Assembly (NCBI GenBank): GCA_012026655.1
Contig: JAAILG010000582.1
Coordinates: 1-64,000 of the forward strand
Source of the DNA: Hydrolagus affinis
Taxonomy: Eukaryota
Reading direction: 5' to 3'
Length of the DNA stretch: 64,000 nt
In this document: positions 36,813 through 50,274 of the stretch, piece by piece
How positions within the stretch are numbered: position 1 is the first letter of the stretch
Layout of the letters: every line of letters begins with the position of its first letter
Program-made: the position numbers and the translations under genes
Notes under the pieces: generated by a model
Told to the model about the DNA's origin: nothing
Seen by the model: the letters and a program-made list of their open reading frames with translations, nothing else
The model's database searches: none

Positions 36813-39800
36813 CCCCCCCCCCCCCCCCCCCCACCCTCTGGTGCTTCAAACTCATGTTCAAAATCCCAAGGCAATTGACTTGGGAGTGTTTTCATTGCCT
36901 TGGCGAATAATCTTTCATCAACAAAATTTGCCTGAAAATAGATTAATTGATCTTTCATCCATTTGCTGATTATGGGATCTTTCTGACACAGATTTGCCCA
37001 ACTAAGTAACTCTTCTGCAAAGTGTTTTATTTATATATATCCAAATAATATATATATATGTTAATGGGTTAAGGTTCTATATCAAATGGAAATATTGTAT
37101 ATTGTGCAGTACTCAGTAGATGAAGGAGTTTTGTCATTCTTGGACAATAGTTTTGTTCATTTTCAAAGTTATATTTTTGGTGAACTAATTACTGTACTGA
37201 GGAGCAGTTGGCAAAAAATGTGTTGCTGAAGTTTACCTCCCGCAGGGAAGGAGTCACCAGATAGAATTTCAAGGTCACTCTTCTTGAGCGTTGGCTGTTT
37301 CTCCGAACTCATGTGAGGGATTTCCCTTGAGGACATTTGCAAGGCAGTGACCAGTCGCAGTTTACATGTTTAGACTGAGCATTAATGTATTGACTTGGCA
37401 GGTCAGTAAGCCAAGTGGTTTGGGATTGCAGATCTGAAGGTTGGTTGGTCTGAAGACATGGGTCCCTTTGATAGATTATATCTAGACATTAAACTGTACA
37501 GTTAATACAGTTAACCCCCTTCTATCCAAACATGAACATTTAATATCCATCTCCTCTATAGATTCCCCACTCACTAGCTCCAAATTGGCTGATGGCAGGA
37601 TCATTGCCTGACAAAAATGTTCTTTCGCTGTGTTTTACTTGAAGAAAATGTCAACAACTTAAATTCAGCTGTCTTACACATGCTAAAGTAAGTTCAATCT
37701 ATGGTAACCTGATTATGTGATTTGATTCCCTTAAATTCCCCACTATTTTTAGATTCTCTGTTGCTTTTATAGGCAGCCAAAGTGCAGGCAGGCAACTTAC
37801 TCTAGAGTTTTTCTAAAGCATGAACAGTGGGACCGTCAAGCTCAGGGCTGTCAAATCTTCTGATATTTGTTTTGTCCTGTGGGAGAGCACTTGGCTCCCA
37901 CTGAAGTCCTCTAACTGATGGCTGAGACCTGAGCAATGAGACTGCTCAGACGGAAGAATCCAGGGAATTGAGTGGGCATCCCATCATTGCGTGTCTATGT
38001 GGATTAGGAAACCAGCATAACCTGATTTGCTTCACTCTGGTAAAACACCAAAATGTGTACAGCTCAAACATTATTGTTAAACCAATCTTAAAAAAGAATC
38101 CCAAATTAATCTGATTGTTGGTTTTAATTTATGATTTCTGCAAATGCATATGGAATTTTCTCTCTCTAGCAGGTTGTATTGCCGTATTTTACTGTGTGAC
38201 TGTGATTGGTTTGTATTATACCAAATGGCTTTTACTCAGAAATGTATTCAAGTGCCTCGGGGTAATTCGTTTTGATAGAGGAACGCTGGCTTGGTATTTT
38301 CACATAAAGAGCAACCAAATGCCGTAACCAGTCTATTTGCAGATTTGTCCCATCATGTCTGGGACCTCAGTCTAAATCTGAATACAAATGACAATCCAGA
38401 ATTAATGAGAGGAAAGATTGTTCTTTGTTGGTATAAATTAGCAGCACGAATTGGCACGGAAAACGACAGTCCATAAGGAAGTGTTGGTGTGAGAAACCGA
38501 AAGTTCGCACTTCCACTTTGAGGAATATTGGTGTAAAGATCCATTTTGAGGAATAGGAGAGGGAGCTTCACACTGCACCTGTGTGAGCTGTACTTGGCAC
38601 AGAAAGTGTATAGCGCAAGTGAGAGAGTGTTGCACTTTCCAACACTTGACATCACTCACCTTGAAGGAACACAATATTGATAGAAAAAAAATATGACTCT
38701 TAGGTTCCTAAGCACAGCACACCATTCCCTGAGGAGATGGAAGACTGGCCAAAGATGGTATTGAGATGGCTTTACACAGGCATTTGACAAAATGTGGCTG
38801 GATTTTCTTATCTCCCTCCATTAAAGTTCTTATTACAAGAATAGTTAATTAAGATCGAGAGCTTTTCCTGTCAGAGTGGATCAATGTACCTACAACTTCT
38901 CTCCTTTGGGAACTGAGTAAGTAACTGATGTAGTGTACCACTTACAAAGCCAATCTCAAATATGTAGCTATTTAAGAACTATTTGCTTGTTCTTTGGCTT
39001 TTAAATTGCAAAAAAAAAGAATAAATTATGTGTTTGACCACAATACAAATGTCCTCATTGTTTTATTTGCTCTGCACACTTAAAACCTGTGCTTCTCTGC
39101 AGTAACACAAAGCCATGTGTTTATCTTCTGCTTCACAAACCATTATTAGACCTTACTGCTGCGTGCTGTACTTGACCTTCTTGTTCTGTAAAAGTATAAT
39201 TAATGTATTGAAATACAATGGGAATAGATTGTTTTACTATTGAAACATGCAAAATGCCAAAAGTGCTGACATTTTTAATTATAGCTGCACTTTGAGGAGG
39301 ATGGACAGTTCATACAAATATTGATGCAACTGTCAATAGGTTTGAATTACACCATTTAATGAATTTAATACTTAGAAAATCAAGGGATTTTCAGAATGCA
39401 TGCGAAATTTCTGGGCTACAGTTCTTGTAGTTGGCATTAAACAATGTGCTGCATTCCGTTTCTTCCATTCAGCGTATTGAAGCATGTCCATGGTTTTGAA
39501 AAACGTAACGTTTGCATAAAGTCAACAAAAAGGAAGCGATAAGTTTAAACATGCTTCCTCGCTTCTGACTCCAACCATTTCCCCCTAAACACCATCAGCC
39601 ATCTGCTCTGGTGCTGAAACATTTCCTATAGGGATGCACGACTTAACAGATTTTTGTCATCGCTGCTATATCAAGTCAGCACTTTCCTATCATCTTTCCA
39701 TTTAGATAAGGCACTTCACAATTGATGGGATGTCAAAAACGCGCTTATGCGGCAATTTAAAGAGTCCATTGGCAGAATAAGGTCAAATGAATCTACACTT

Positions 39801-41189
39801 CTGTGATGTGTTTTTTTTAAAGAATTCAAATTAATGCACCTTTTTCTGTATCCTGTGATTTTGCTATGAATACAGATGGAGAAAAAACTAGGATGAAATA
39901 CAATAATCTTATTCAGATACATTGTACTATTACATCTGTTATAACTTGATTAATCTACCAAAATATAACTTTTCCAGTTTTGTAAAAAAAAACAGAATTA
40001 AGATGCCCGAATCTTTTGTTTCCATTAAGACGCTTCCAACTTAAGACACTTATTTTCAATAATGTAAAGCTTCACTTCTAGATTTCCCATATGGTATTAC
40101 CACTGCCAATATTTCTACTGACTTCAGCCTTGAAGTCTGCGTTAAGTTGTATAAAGAAAGAAAATCAGCTTCTCCTGGAAAATCTGTTCAGTCATATTAC
40201 GAATAAGCCCCTATACAGAAAAAATAAGCTGTGCAGTTTTATCAGGATATGGACCATCGGTTTAGTAGAACGTGATCTCACTCCCCTTGCTGAGTGACAT
40301 TAATTGAGTGACGGATGGACAGAGCGAACATGTACATTTGGAATGCTCGGTTACCTTTGGACATGGACTCATAAACTTACAACCCAACGAGCAATCGAGA
40401 GCTAACGCGTGCTCTAATTTATTCACAACCAAACGATATGGATACCTTTTCAGCAGTGGTGCTGCAAGCAGTCATGAGTTTTATATATAGAGCTACAGTG
40501 TGTGCAGGAGCAAACCCCATCTCTACTTTGTAAACTGCTCACATCAAGGAAACTTGCTTTAAAATTGATTTGTGTTTGGGCGCTGACAAATTCCTAAGTG
40601 TGATCTTATTGTCGGTGACAAGAAATCCATTCTAAGAAGATATCCTTTTGATGTGTGCAGTCTTCATTTGGACTGAAATGAATTGAGCAAACCATTTTTG
40701 TGACCAGATTACTCACTGATCTTTAAACAGCACATCTAAGCTAAAGGGACCTTTGGGAGTTTGGATTAACTGGATAAATTAAAACTCTTTTGATTTTGAA
40801 TTCATCTTTTTAAACGTGTTTTAAAGATTAAAGCGTATCAGCATCAGCGTGTCTAATAATAATGTGCGAGGAGCAATTGTGTGGAGAAGTATTTTGCTAG
40901 ACAAATCAGAAGACCCTATGAAGCAAGCTTTTTTTTGCATATTTAACTGTATCAAATAAATCAGCAGCGGTCATCTGCAAGGGTGTAAAGTGTACAAATC
41001 TCCACCAAATTGCTTTGACTGCAACTATACCTCAAGTATCAAACGATAAGATTGTCACAAATCAGACAGAAGCTGACAATTGCTGACTTGCCTTCTGCTG
41101 AATGAATTCATGTTTTGCAAAGATTTTACTGGAATTTTGTGTTTACATACAACAATAATCCTTGCATTTGATATAGTGTCATAAGCTTT

Positions 41190-41530
41190 ACATTGGGACA
41201 TTGAGATCCCTCTTCTAGGCTGACAATCCAAGGCATTGCTGGGGGAGTACTTTGTAGTTGGATGGCGCCATCCTTCAAATGGGCTTTACACTAAAGTTCC
41301 GTCTCCCTATTCATGCAGATGTTAAAGATCACATTACACTATTCAAAAAGAGATGTAGGTTCCTCCTGGTAAATTGGTCATTCACTTCATGGCTGTGATG
41401 GAACATTGTTGCAGGCAAATTGTCTGCCGCATTTGCCAACATAGTCATTTAATTTTTACAGCATTTCATTTGTAGCACTTTGAGATGACATCCTGACGAG
41501 AGACCCAATATCAAACGTAAGGATTACTAC
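41190..41530 (+). mobile_element. Old DeuSINE (SacSINE1-like)
   Basis: GGGAGTACTTTGTAGTTGGATGGCGCCATCCTTCAAATG...GATGTTAAAGATC...CAAATTGTCTGCCGCATTT...GCACTTTGAGATG. Confidence 0.65.
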
Positions 41531-41886
41531 TTTTATCCATTAGAAATAATTTCCCCTTCCTTCAATAACTTGTTTTAAGAAGCTTTGATGAGTATTGTGA
41601 CTATTATTAATGAAAAGCAATAACATTGAGTTGCAAATTCTGCTACCTTAGCGCTGAACAAATATTTCCTTGATCCAGATTAAGCAGATGTCTGTCATGT
41701 TAAAAAAATATGTTTTCTGTGGATGAGAGAATGTTAGTTAGATCCATTGAATTGCTGGTGAAGAATCTTTTTTAAGTGCAATGCAATTTCCATGAATGAT
41801 TTGGATGAAATGTACTCATCAGTTAAACATTGAAATTGTTACAAACACTGCACATGACAGACTGATAACCCACACTGAATTAAAGA

Positions 41887-42027
41887 TCATAGAATCATCA
41901 TAGAATTATGCATCACAGAAGGAGGCCATTCAGCCCTTCATGTCACCTCGTCTCTTTGAAAAGAGCTATCCAAATCAATCCCTCTCTCCCCATCATTACC
42001 ACGCAAATTTATCCTCTCCAAGATGTT
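41887..42027 (-). mobile_element. CR1-type 3' end fragment
   Basis: (CATAGAAT)-type tail, then CAGAAGGAGGCCATTCAGCCC. Confidence 0.65.
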
Positions 42028-42074
42028 CAATATAATATGTAAGTATTGAGATAAAAAAGAGGAAATGAATAGTA

Positions 42075-44830
42075 CAGTAGAACCTCGGTAACGCGACCAC
42101 CCACGTGACCATGACTAGATGGTTGCGTTGGCGGGGTAGTTGCGTTAGTGAGGTGTCGATCCCGCGATCTTAATCTGACCCTACGTGCAGTATTTGGCAG
42201 CAAATCCCCTAGTGACAGGATTGGGAACCAGTCTAGCAACGCAGAAGTGACGACACAGTAGAGTGGCGCGAAGTTTAAAAACTTTTATTGGGGATTTTTT
42301 AGTGTTTCACTCGTCACGTTATGTTCATGTAAGGATAACAACACAGTAACTCAATCAGCTCGCACACAAACATTAATTAGACTACACTGGGCCATTAATC
42401 ACAGCACCTATCAGTCTGTATGACCAAACACTGAAGAGTTCAATGTCACAAGACAATTGTCCACCAGAAGCATAGTTTTAGTCCTTTACTTTGAAAAAGT
42501 CACGTATTGAAGTCTGCTTTCGAGAACTTGCCACTAGTTCGCATAGTCCATTTTGAATTTCGTACACGGAACTTATCAAGTGGGAAGCGTTTTTTTCGAG
42601 AATAAACGATTTTAGTTGTTCAATACATTCCAAGGCTGATTTCATCGAAGTGATACCAGGTTTTGCACTTTCGATTTCTGTAGTGCACTCGTCATTTTCA
42701 TCATCGCTTTCATGGTCACGATCCCCGTCTATGTTTTGGTTTTCAATGAATTCATTTAAGATACGGCTTTCGAGTGTTTCGATATCGCTGTTGCATGTTT
42801 TGACATCGTTATCGCATGCTAGATCCTCCTCAACAGTGTCTCCCGATAGACCGAGATGAACCTGGATTTTCGAAACAAGATCCGACAGAGTAACGTCTTC
42901 ATCAGAGTCTAGGTTCAGGGCCTCGTCTGTCAGACCGCATGTCTGGAAGCATTTCCTTACTGTAGTTGGCTTCACTTCTTTTACTGTAGTGTTAATCCAA
43001 TTGACAGCATCAAGAACCAATACGCATTTGGAAATGTTTGCCACATGCTCCTCTTCATCCATCTTGGCCAAGACAGCTTGTAGAAGATGTCTTCGGTAAT
43101 GGGCCTTGATAGTACGGATGATGCCCTGATCAAGTGGCTGTAACTTAGAGGTGGTGTTGGCTGGAAGATAAATCATCTTCACGTTTGTCAGTACGAGGTC
43201 CTTCGGGTGGCTTGGTGCATTATCAAGCAGGAGGAGAACGTGACGGCTTTCCCTCTTCATTTTCTTATCAAAGTTTTGTATCCACTGTGTAAAGATGTCT
43301 GTCGTCATCCAGGCTTTTTTGTTATTTTCCCACGTAACCGGCAATGAACTAACATCCAGTCCTTTAAAACACTTGGCTTTCCACATTTTCCAATAACAAA
43401 TGTCTTTTCAAATTCACCCTCCATATTTACGCAAAACGAAGCCATCAATCGTTCCTTTGATCTTTTACAACCTTTACAATCATCCCCCTTAACCCGTAGT
43501 GTTTTGTCAGGGAGAGCTCTGTAAAAAAGCCACTCTCATCCATGTTGTAGACATCACTCAGTTTGTAATTGGCAATGAGGTCAGGTAACTTCTTCTTCCA
43601 GTTGGACACGACAGCCTCGTCAACGGATCCACTTTCTCCACAAACCATGGCCATGTTGATATTGTGCCGCCCTTTGAATCGCTCCAACCATGCATTTGAT
43701 GTTTTGAAATCGCTTACTCCTAAAGGCTTGGCAAAACCTAGGGCTTTCTCTTGCAGAAGTGGTCCACTGATGTGCAGGTTCAGAGCTCTGGCTTGTTGAA
43801 ACCACTGGTAGGTCAGCTTGTCAATGTCGTGATGATATTCATTCGATCCCGGCTTTAACCTCTTCCAATCATCCTTGACGTTGTCTTCATATGCTGCTAA
43901 CCATTCTGCCTTTCTCTTTAGTATCTTCTGGACTTGAGTTTTACCAATGTTGTACATTTTTGCCAGAGCTCTCTGTGACTTCCCGTTGCTGTTGTTGATA
44001 AGTTCAACTTTCTCCCTGATGGTCAATTCCCTCGGCTTTCTCTTGGGTGTTGTTGAAGTCGCCATCTCTTGAGTCTTGTTCGCAGTGTACCCTCTCTACG
44101 CAAATCACTGTCGGTCCAGTTTTCACTGGACCGCCAATGATTTGCGTAGAGTGGGAAAACTTGCTCTGTAAATGCGAGCCGCACAACCCATGACCAACTG
44201 TCGAGAGATGGAGGCAACTCAGAGCCTCGTGTAGTGGGATCTTAGCTGCCAAAGCGTCAGATTCGCAATCTGGGAGCATTAACCTGGAGCCAGATCGACA
44301 CCATCAAATACAATAATCCGTTACAGGGAATAAATAATCTGGAGAGAATTAGCTGGTGAGTGTAAGAATCGCGTTACCCACAAGACTTGTGCATTGCAAA
44401 AAAGAAAAGTGCGGCGAACAAAGGAATGTTGCAGGCGTTATTTGAGTAAGGTTGTTTTTGTTCCCCAAAAAATCTTTATTTTTGATTGTAAATGTGGTTA
44501 TACAGAAGTCTCTTCCATTTCACGGAGCTCCGTCTCCCCTTTCAAGTGTATGAATTACAGTACAGTACATTGATTCTGATTTATTTTGCATTTGTGGCGC
44601 GAAGTTTTAAAAACTGTTCCCTGATTGGCCAGAGTGGTCGCGTTAGGACCATGAAAATGTTGTTTGGGATCTACCAAATCAGTGGCCGCGGTCCAGGAAC
44701 CGGGGTGGTTGCGTCAGTGAGGTTTATTTAACGTGCAAATGAGATAGGAAATATTCTGGACCGACTCTGACTGCTCGCCTCGGCGGGCTGGTCGCGCCAC
44801 CTGAGGTGGTCGCCAACCGAGGTTCTACTG
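42075..44830 (-). mobile_element. Full-length pogo/Tigger DNA transposon (2756 bp), TA target duplication
   Basis: TA|CAGTAGAACCTCGGTAACGCGACCACC ... GGTGGTCGCCAACCGAGGTTCTACTG|TA. Subterminal copies of the TIR core at both ends. Encloses a transposase. Confidence 0.95.
42478..44065 (-). pseudogene. pogo/Tigger (CENP-B HTH + DDE_1) transposase, about 529 aa, DD30D, two 1-nt frameshifts
   Basis: HTH (LTIREKVELI...SQRALAKMYNIGKTQV), ISGPLLQEKA, WLERFKGRH, NMDESG, LLLDNAPSH, LPANTTSKLQPLDQGII. The frame breaks near 43525 (GLFYRALPDKTL) and near 43373 (KP[R]CFKG). The bridging frame reads ...SKERLMASFCVNMEGEFEKTFVIGK without stops. Confidence 0.93.
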
Positions 44831-45699
44831 TACATATTTTGGATATCTCTATTTCGTCTTCGAGTGTTCTGCTTATAAAAGTTTTATTATGCTGATACTG
44901 CACATGATGTTTGCAAAGCAAAAATAAATGTTCATTTTTTTTCTGGGTCACTGACAGGGCAGCTTGTTTACTGTCAAGTTTCGCATTTTTTAAAAAACCA
45001 TATACATTATATATATATATACACACACAACAACAAAAAAGCCAATTCCGTACTATCAAATTGCTGCTAGGAAGTTTGCAATAGTTTGTTCAAGATTTTT
45101 TTGGGATGAATGCGTAATAACCCAAATAGAAGATTCTGCTTGAAGAACCTTAAATATTTCAAATACTGGATAACACGACGACAGGGGGGAATGATTTGTC
45201 TTGTTGCAAGTCACTTTTTTTTTAATAAGCGAGTTCTATTGGTACCAGCTTAACGTGTTCTAATCTGTTACCATAAATTGCTCATTTCTCTTCAACAACA
45301 AAATGATGAAACCAATTTAATGAAAAATAGCTGAATTTCGTTCCATTTCAAACTGTTATAATTTTGACACTAGCATTGAATGGAGATGAACTGCACTTCA
45401 TAACGTTTCATTCCCGAAATATAGTTAAGTGCCCAGTACTACTTTTTATAGTGTAGTCAATCTGCACATGTACATATTTTATGGAAATCTAAAGGTTATG
45501 CATTATGTATGAGTGGACTTGGACTGTATAATATGAACAGTAATATCACATCACTGCCTATCTTTTTTGACAAAAGATGTTCCTATACAAATCAAATGTG
45601 TGCACTTTAAAAATTCACATTTTGAAAGACATATATGGTTCCACCAACGGCTAAGTTGGTAAAAGTCGCTGACAAGAATGAAACTGATGATGGGGAGAG

Positions 45700-45952
45700 G
45701 CTGTGACTTGAAACCAAGAGAACCAGCGCCATGGTGTATCCTCCCAACGTGAAAGGCCCTAGACAAGTGTAATTTTGTTGTTGTATACCAGAGAACCAAC
45801 TTGCAAAGTGGAGAAAAAGTCTGATAACCATGATGCTATCCCTACTCTGCCCCTCCCCCTTGCTCTGGTCCCGACCTGACTGCTCAGCGCCTCGGGACGT
45901 CCTCCCGACGTGACAGGCGCTCTAGAAATTTAATTTTGTCATTGTTGTTGTT
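45700..45952 (+). mobile_element. Two L2-type LINE 3' ends with (TTG)n tails
   Basis: CAGCGCC...CCTCCC(A/G)ACGTGA.AGGC.CT...TTGTTGTTG at about 45724-45784 and 45885-45952. Confidence 0.6.
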
Positions 45953-45984
45953 ATCGGTGATGATCTGAGAAGCACAAATATTCT

Positions 45985-46770
45985 GATGAGTAGACAACAT
46001 GTCTTTAGAAACAAAACGTCATACTTCACAAATCTGTTGGAGTTCTTAGAGGAAATAACACAACTAATGGATGAAAGCTTTCCAGGAGGTAGAATATACT
46101 TGGAGTTTTGTAATAGAAGAATCCTTGTATTTGATAAAACCCATAACATCAATGTCTCACAGTGCATCACTGGTAATTATTGTCAAGTTTTGTCACTGTC
46201 TATCTGTAATGAATGTTTAATACACGACTTGGACATGTTAAAGGTCTTAGAATTGATGTCAAATTAGACGGACAGACGGACAGACAGATAAAGATGAAAG
46301 GAGGCTTCAAATTAGAAAGCAGAAAATAATGATACTGGTTGAAAGTGTTTGACTAGTGAAGTTTAGCAGAGATCTTGATGTTCACAGTGTTGATAACCAC
46401 TTTAGAGTAGAATCTTTAATATGTTTTCTTCTTGATAATATCAAGTAACATGTCCCCAAGGGGCAGCGGATGAATTTAATGCAGGTAATGGTTTTGCATA
46501 TTGGACTGGAAAACGTGGATATGATGAAAGGATACCTCCAATCAATGTTGGAGAAGAATAAAACGTATGTGATTATTGATCATGACTCGAATGTGAAAGT
46601 GGTTATCAGCGAAGCTAATCAAATACTAATTTATCTCAAGGAGGTTGAGAGGAATCTGTTATTCTAACTTTGAAGATGACTGCTTTCTTTGGAGTGCTGT
46701 TGGTTTGTATGTGGTCTTGAAAATTAATCTGTGTAGATGTGGACATTATAAGAAAACAAGGATGGTTATA
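45985..46770 (+). mobile_element. Degraded CR1 reverse-transcriptase fragments
   Basis: QHVFRNKTSYFTNLLEFLEEITQLMDE...IYLEF matches CR1 QHGF...SCLTNLLEFFEEVT..D...YLDF. Downstream remnants are weaker. Confidence 0.7.
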
Positions 46771-47387
46771 GATTTTGAAAGCCAAACAGGCTTTTTCAGT
46801 AACAACAGTTAATGAACTGCAGACTTCATTCTTGACAGAATTCCACAAGCAACATTATTCTCAATCCAATGGTGTTCAGGTGAACTCCAATAATAATAAC
46901 TGTTTTTATTAAATTTATTTACTACACCCAAATTATTCATTTTTAAAATGAAGCGAAAGGAATGAAATGCCGAGAATGTGACCATCTTTAACATACATGG
47001 CAAACCGCAAAGCAAATACATAACCATCAATAAACAAGGAAGATGAGCTGATGCTTATGTTGAATGTCACATTTTGAAGAGCCCTCAAGGGTTGTTTAAT
47101 AATTGGTACACTGTATCTGTCACGTGGCCTTTACAGTGAACAATATGTTTTGGGGAAATGTGATTCGAAATGTTACTGAATTTTGCTTATTTCTTTAACT
47201 ATCTATGCAAAGCATTTATTTTTTCTTTTAGCCTAATTTATGACTATTCATTTGGCAAATAAAAGAATATTACTCGTTTTTCTTGCTAGAATTTCTCCTG
47301 CTTCATAACTGACGATATCCCAGCTCTAGCCCCATATGAAAAAGAATTAATTGCCGTGTTGCATTCTCCGGATCCGCAGACATGAAT

Positions 47388-47600
47388 AACACAACAGCAA
47401 CAACAAAAGTACACTTGTAAAGCACCTTTCACGTCAGAAGGACATCCCAAGGCGCTGGACAGTCACTGTGTCAGACCCGAGCTGGGGACGGGGGTGGAGG
47501 GAAGGGGGTGGAATTAGGAATTGCCAATGGGACCATCGAAGAGCAGAGTCTCGAGGCGGGACTTGAAGGAGGCCAGGGAGGGTGTGAGGATTTAGAGCTT
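47388..47600 (-). mobile_element. L2-type LINE 3' end
   Basis: (CAA)n tail, GCACCTTTCACGTCAGAAGGACATCCCAAGGCGCTG, then GGGACTTGAAGGAGG. Confidence 0.65.
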
Positions 47601-47911
47601 CAAGGGTCTACAGTCGCGATTAGAGTTTTCAACATGGCCACTCACCTGATGTTGATTGATCATATCTCTCACCTTTTTGGAACTCTATTTTTGTGCTGTT
47701 TCCACTACATATTTTGACACCAGGAATTTGTCATTGATTCACTGGCAAACGTACAACACAAATCATGATGGAACCCAGTTTCTGGCTCTACGTGCAGGTT
47801 ATTTCAGGACCCGACCAGTTGATACCTGAAGAGTAAAAAAGGTACAAAGGCAGGTGAACTTCACTTCCTCCCCTTCCTCCCCTAATGTTTTGCCCTTCCC
47901 TATGGAGTTTG

Positions 47912-48233
47912 TGGAGTCTTGCAGCTTGTTGGTTAGAGCATTTGCCTTACAAGCGAGAGATCTGGGTTCAATTCCAGGCGGGGCACAACCTTGGGCAAGT
48001 TTCCTTACTCAACGCTCCTAATAATAATCCCTCCACAAAAAACAATAATAAATTAATCATTTCAATCCATGACTGTTTGTGGGGACACTGTTGTGTGCAA
48101 TTGGCTGCTGCATTAAAGCCACATATATACAGTCAATTCACTTTATGGTATATTCTGTGAAGTGCTTTGAGACATCTAGAAGATGTGAAAAAAGCACTAT
48201 ATGAAATGTAAGAATTATTATTATTATTATTAT
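47912..48233 (+). mobile_element. tRNA-head/Deu SINE
   Basis: Head, core and (ATT)n tail as in the other copies. Confidence 0.9.
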
Positions 48234-50274
48234 AATTAACCAAATGACAGCTTTTTATAAAAATCAGTTACAGAAGATCTGACGGCTATGATAAAATCTG
48301 ATTCATGGAGGACCCTCTTTAATCTCTGTTTTTGCCCAACTTCTTACAGTTTAACTGCCTTGCAGCTTAGTACACTGTGACTAATTTATTATTGAACATT
48401 TTAAGATAGTAAAACAATAGGCGCTGTTCTCATTTCCAAGAATACTAATTGAGTTATAAATTAGAAAAGATTACAGCATGCATCAATTTATATTCTCCTT
48501 TGGAGTTTCCATCAAAACCATTATTTGCCTATTTCAATGCAAGTTAATTACAAATTATTGCAGGTATTAAAAATACAGTTAAATAGTCCAAGTAGGTACA
48601 TCAAATTATAATCCCGATTTCATAGTTTAATGCAGCTCTTAACCTGAATTAATGCAATCGTTACTAAAGCATTAATTACTAACTGGTGTCATAAGCATTG
48701 TCCATTCACCAAGGTATGAAATACAACATTTTCAAATTTGTTAGTTTACTTATTAAGTTTTTGTTTCAACTGGAGTTTGAAAGGATTTACCATTGTAGAC
48801 CCATTTGATTTGCCCCTTAAGCATCATACAGCCAGCTAGCTATGAAATTAATCTTAGTGAAAGGGGTCATTAATAATGCCAAACTAACACAATATTACAT
48901 AGATTTGTTTTGAATTGCCGTTGGATTATAGGAACCTTATTGATCATGATCTTGTTGAACATTCAAACTCCTGAATAAACATGGGATCTGTGAGATTAGT
49001 ACATCGGATATTTTGACCAAGCACTTTATCTATCCCAACAAACATAATGTACAACACAGTAACGTTTAGAAGTTGCTGAATCTTTCAGTAGTTTTCCAGC
49101 TTTAAGAAGGAAAAAATGTGGAACATCACAAAACCCAACCATTATCGTATAAGAATGAAATATAAACAGAAAACTCCTGATAAACTGTCAAAATGGTTCA
49201 TTTTCGGATGAAAACAGCTACAATGTCAAACTGAGCGCAATGATCAGAAGGGGAAGATGAGCAGAGTTTTGTTCGGCATCATTTTTGCCAGGAGCCAGAT
49301 AGTTTTTTCAAATCACTGGGGAAAAAATGGTGAACGTAAGGAAAATCAAGATTGCAACGGTGTCTTCATTATAAAATAAACAAAGTTTGTCACATCATGT
49401 ATCCCGCGAAGCAGATCTGTAAGTCCTTAAGTACCTAATGGGCACTTATTAAATGTCCCCTGGTTGCCCAGCACATCTTGTTTTGCGAATCACGCATGGT
49501 AAGTTTTTGATTTATCCAATTTCCCTGTGCCAGCGCATTGTGTTGCTTGAAGGGAAGTAAATTAATATAAATGTAAACTGCTTTTCACAGAGTTTGCTGA
49601 CACGAACCACCCAGGCTCCTAATGCTTTGTCAGACAAGACAGCTCAGTTTTTCATCAAGTTGCTGGGAGTCTGACAAACCTGTGCCTGTGCACTGTCTTT
49701 TACAAATAAAGACGTGTATAATGGCCAGGATTATACTTTAATGATCATGATTCTTGCGTTTGATGTAGCGCCTTTTATGTCTGTTTGCTGTCTCCAAAGG
49801 CTTAATGGGAATTTATTGTGGAGTGGAGTGTTTTTTCAAATGTGTTTTTGTAGGCAAATTGATTGTATTTTTCCATAGTCCTCTTCTTACTAGCTTTAGA
49901 TTGTGCATGTATTTCACCATGATTCCAAATGTTTTTGTTCAGCACCCAAAAGGTGACTACCTCACGCTGTGTGATAGTAATTGTACTGAGTAAGTCTTGC
50001 TCCTCATGTGCTTTGAAACAGCTGTGCTTACAAATTGAGAAATCTTTGCTCAAAATAAGAATGAATTTTCCTAATAGGAAATCTCTCTGCCTTCAATATT
50101 TCAATTCATATTTAAGACACACTTAGTGTTGGTCCAAATCCCTGACTGTCCAGTGTCTTGTGACACCTTCTCAACATGAAGTTGTTATACAAATGTAATT
50201 TGCTTAGATCATCAAAGCCAATGTACACAGCCTGCGCTTGTGAGTTAAGTCACAACTGGACCCTGATTCAAATA

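Noticed and set aside
43520-43532. Programmed -1 frameshift at C-UUU-UUU in the transposase
   Set aside because: A -1 slip would restore the frame, but a second independent 1-nt loss near 43373 has no slippery site. Decay or sequencing error is simpler.
42478-44065. Domesticated TIGD4/TIGD6-like host gene
   Set aside because: It is flanked by intact TIRs and TA TSDs and is frameshifted, so it is a transposon copy.
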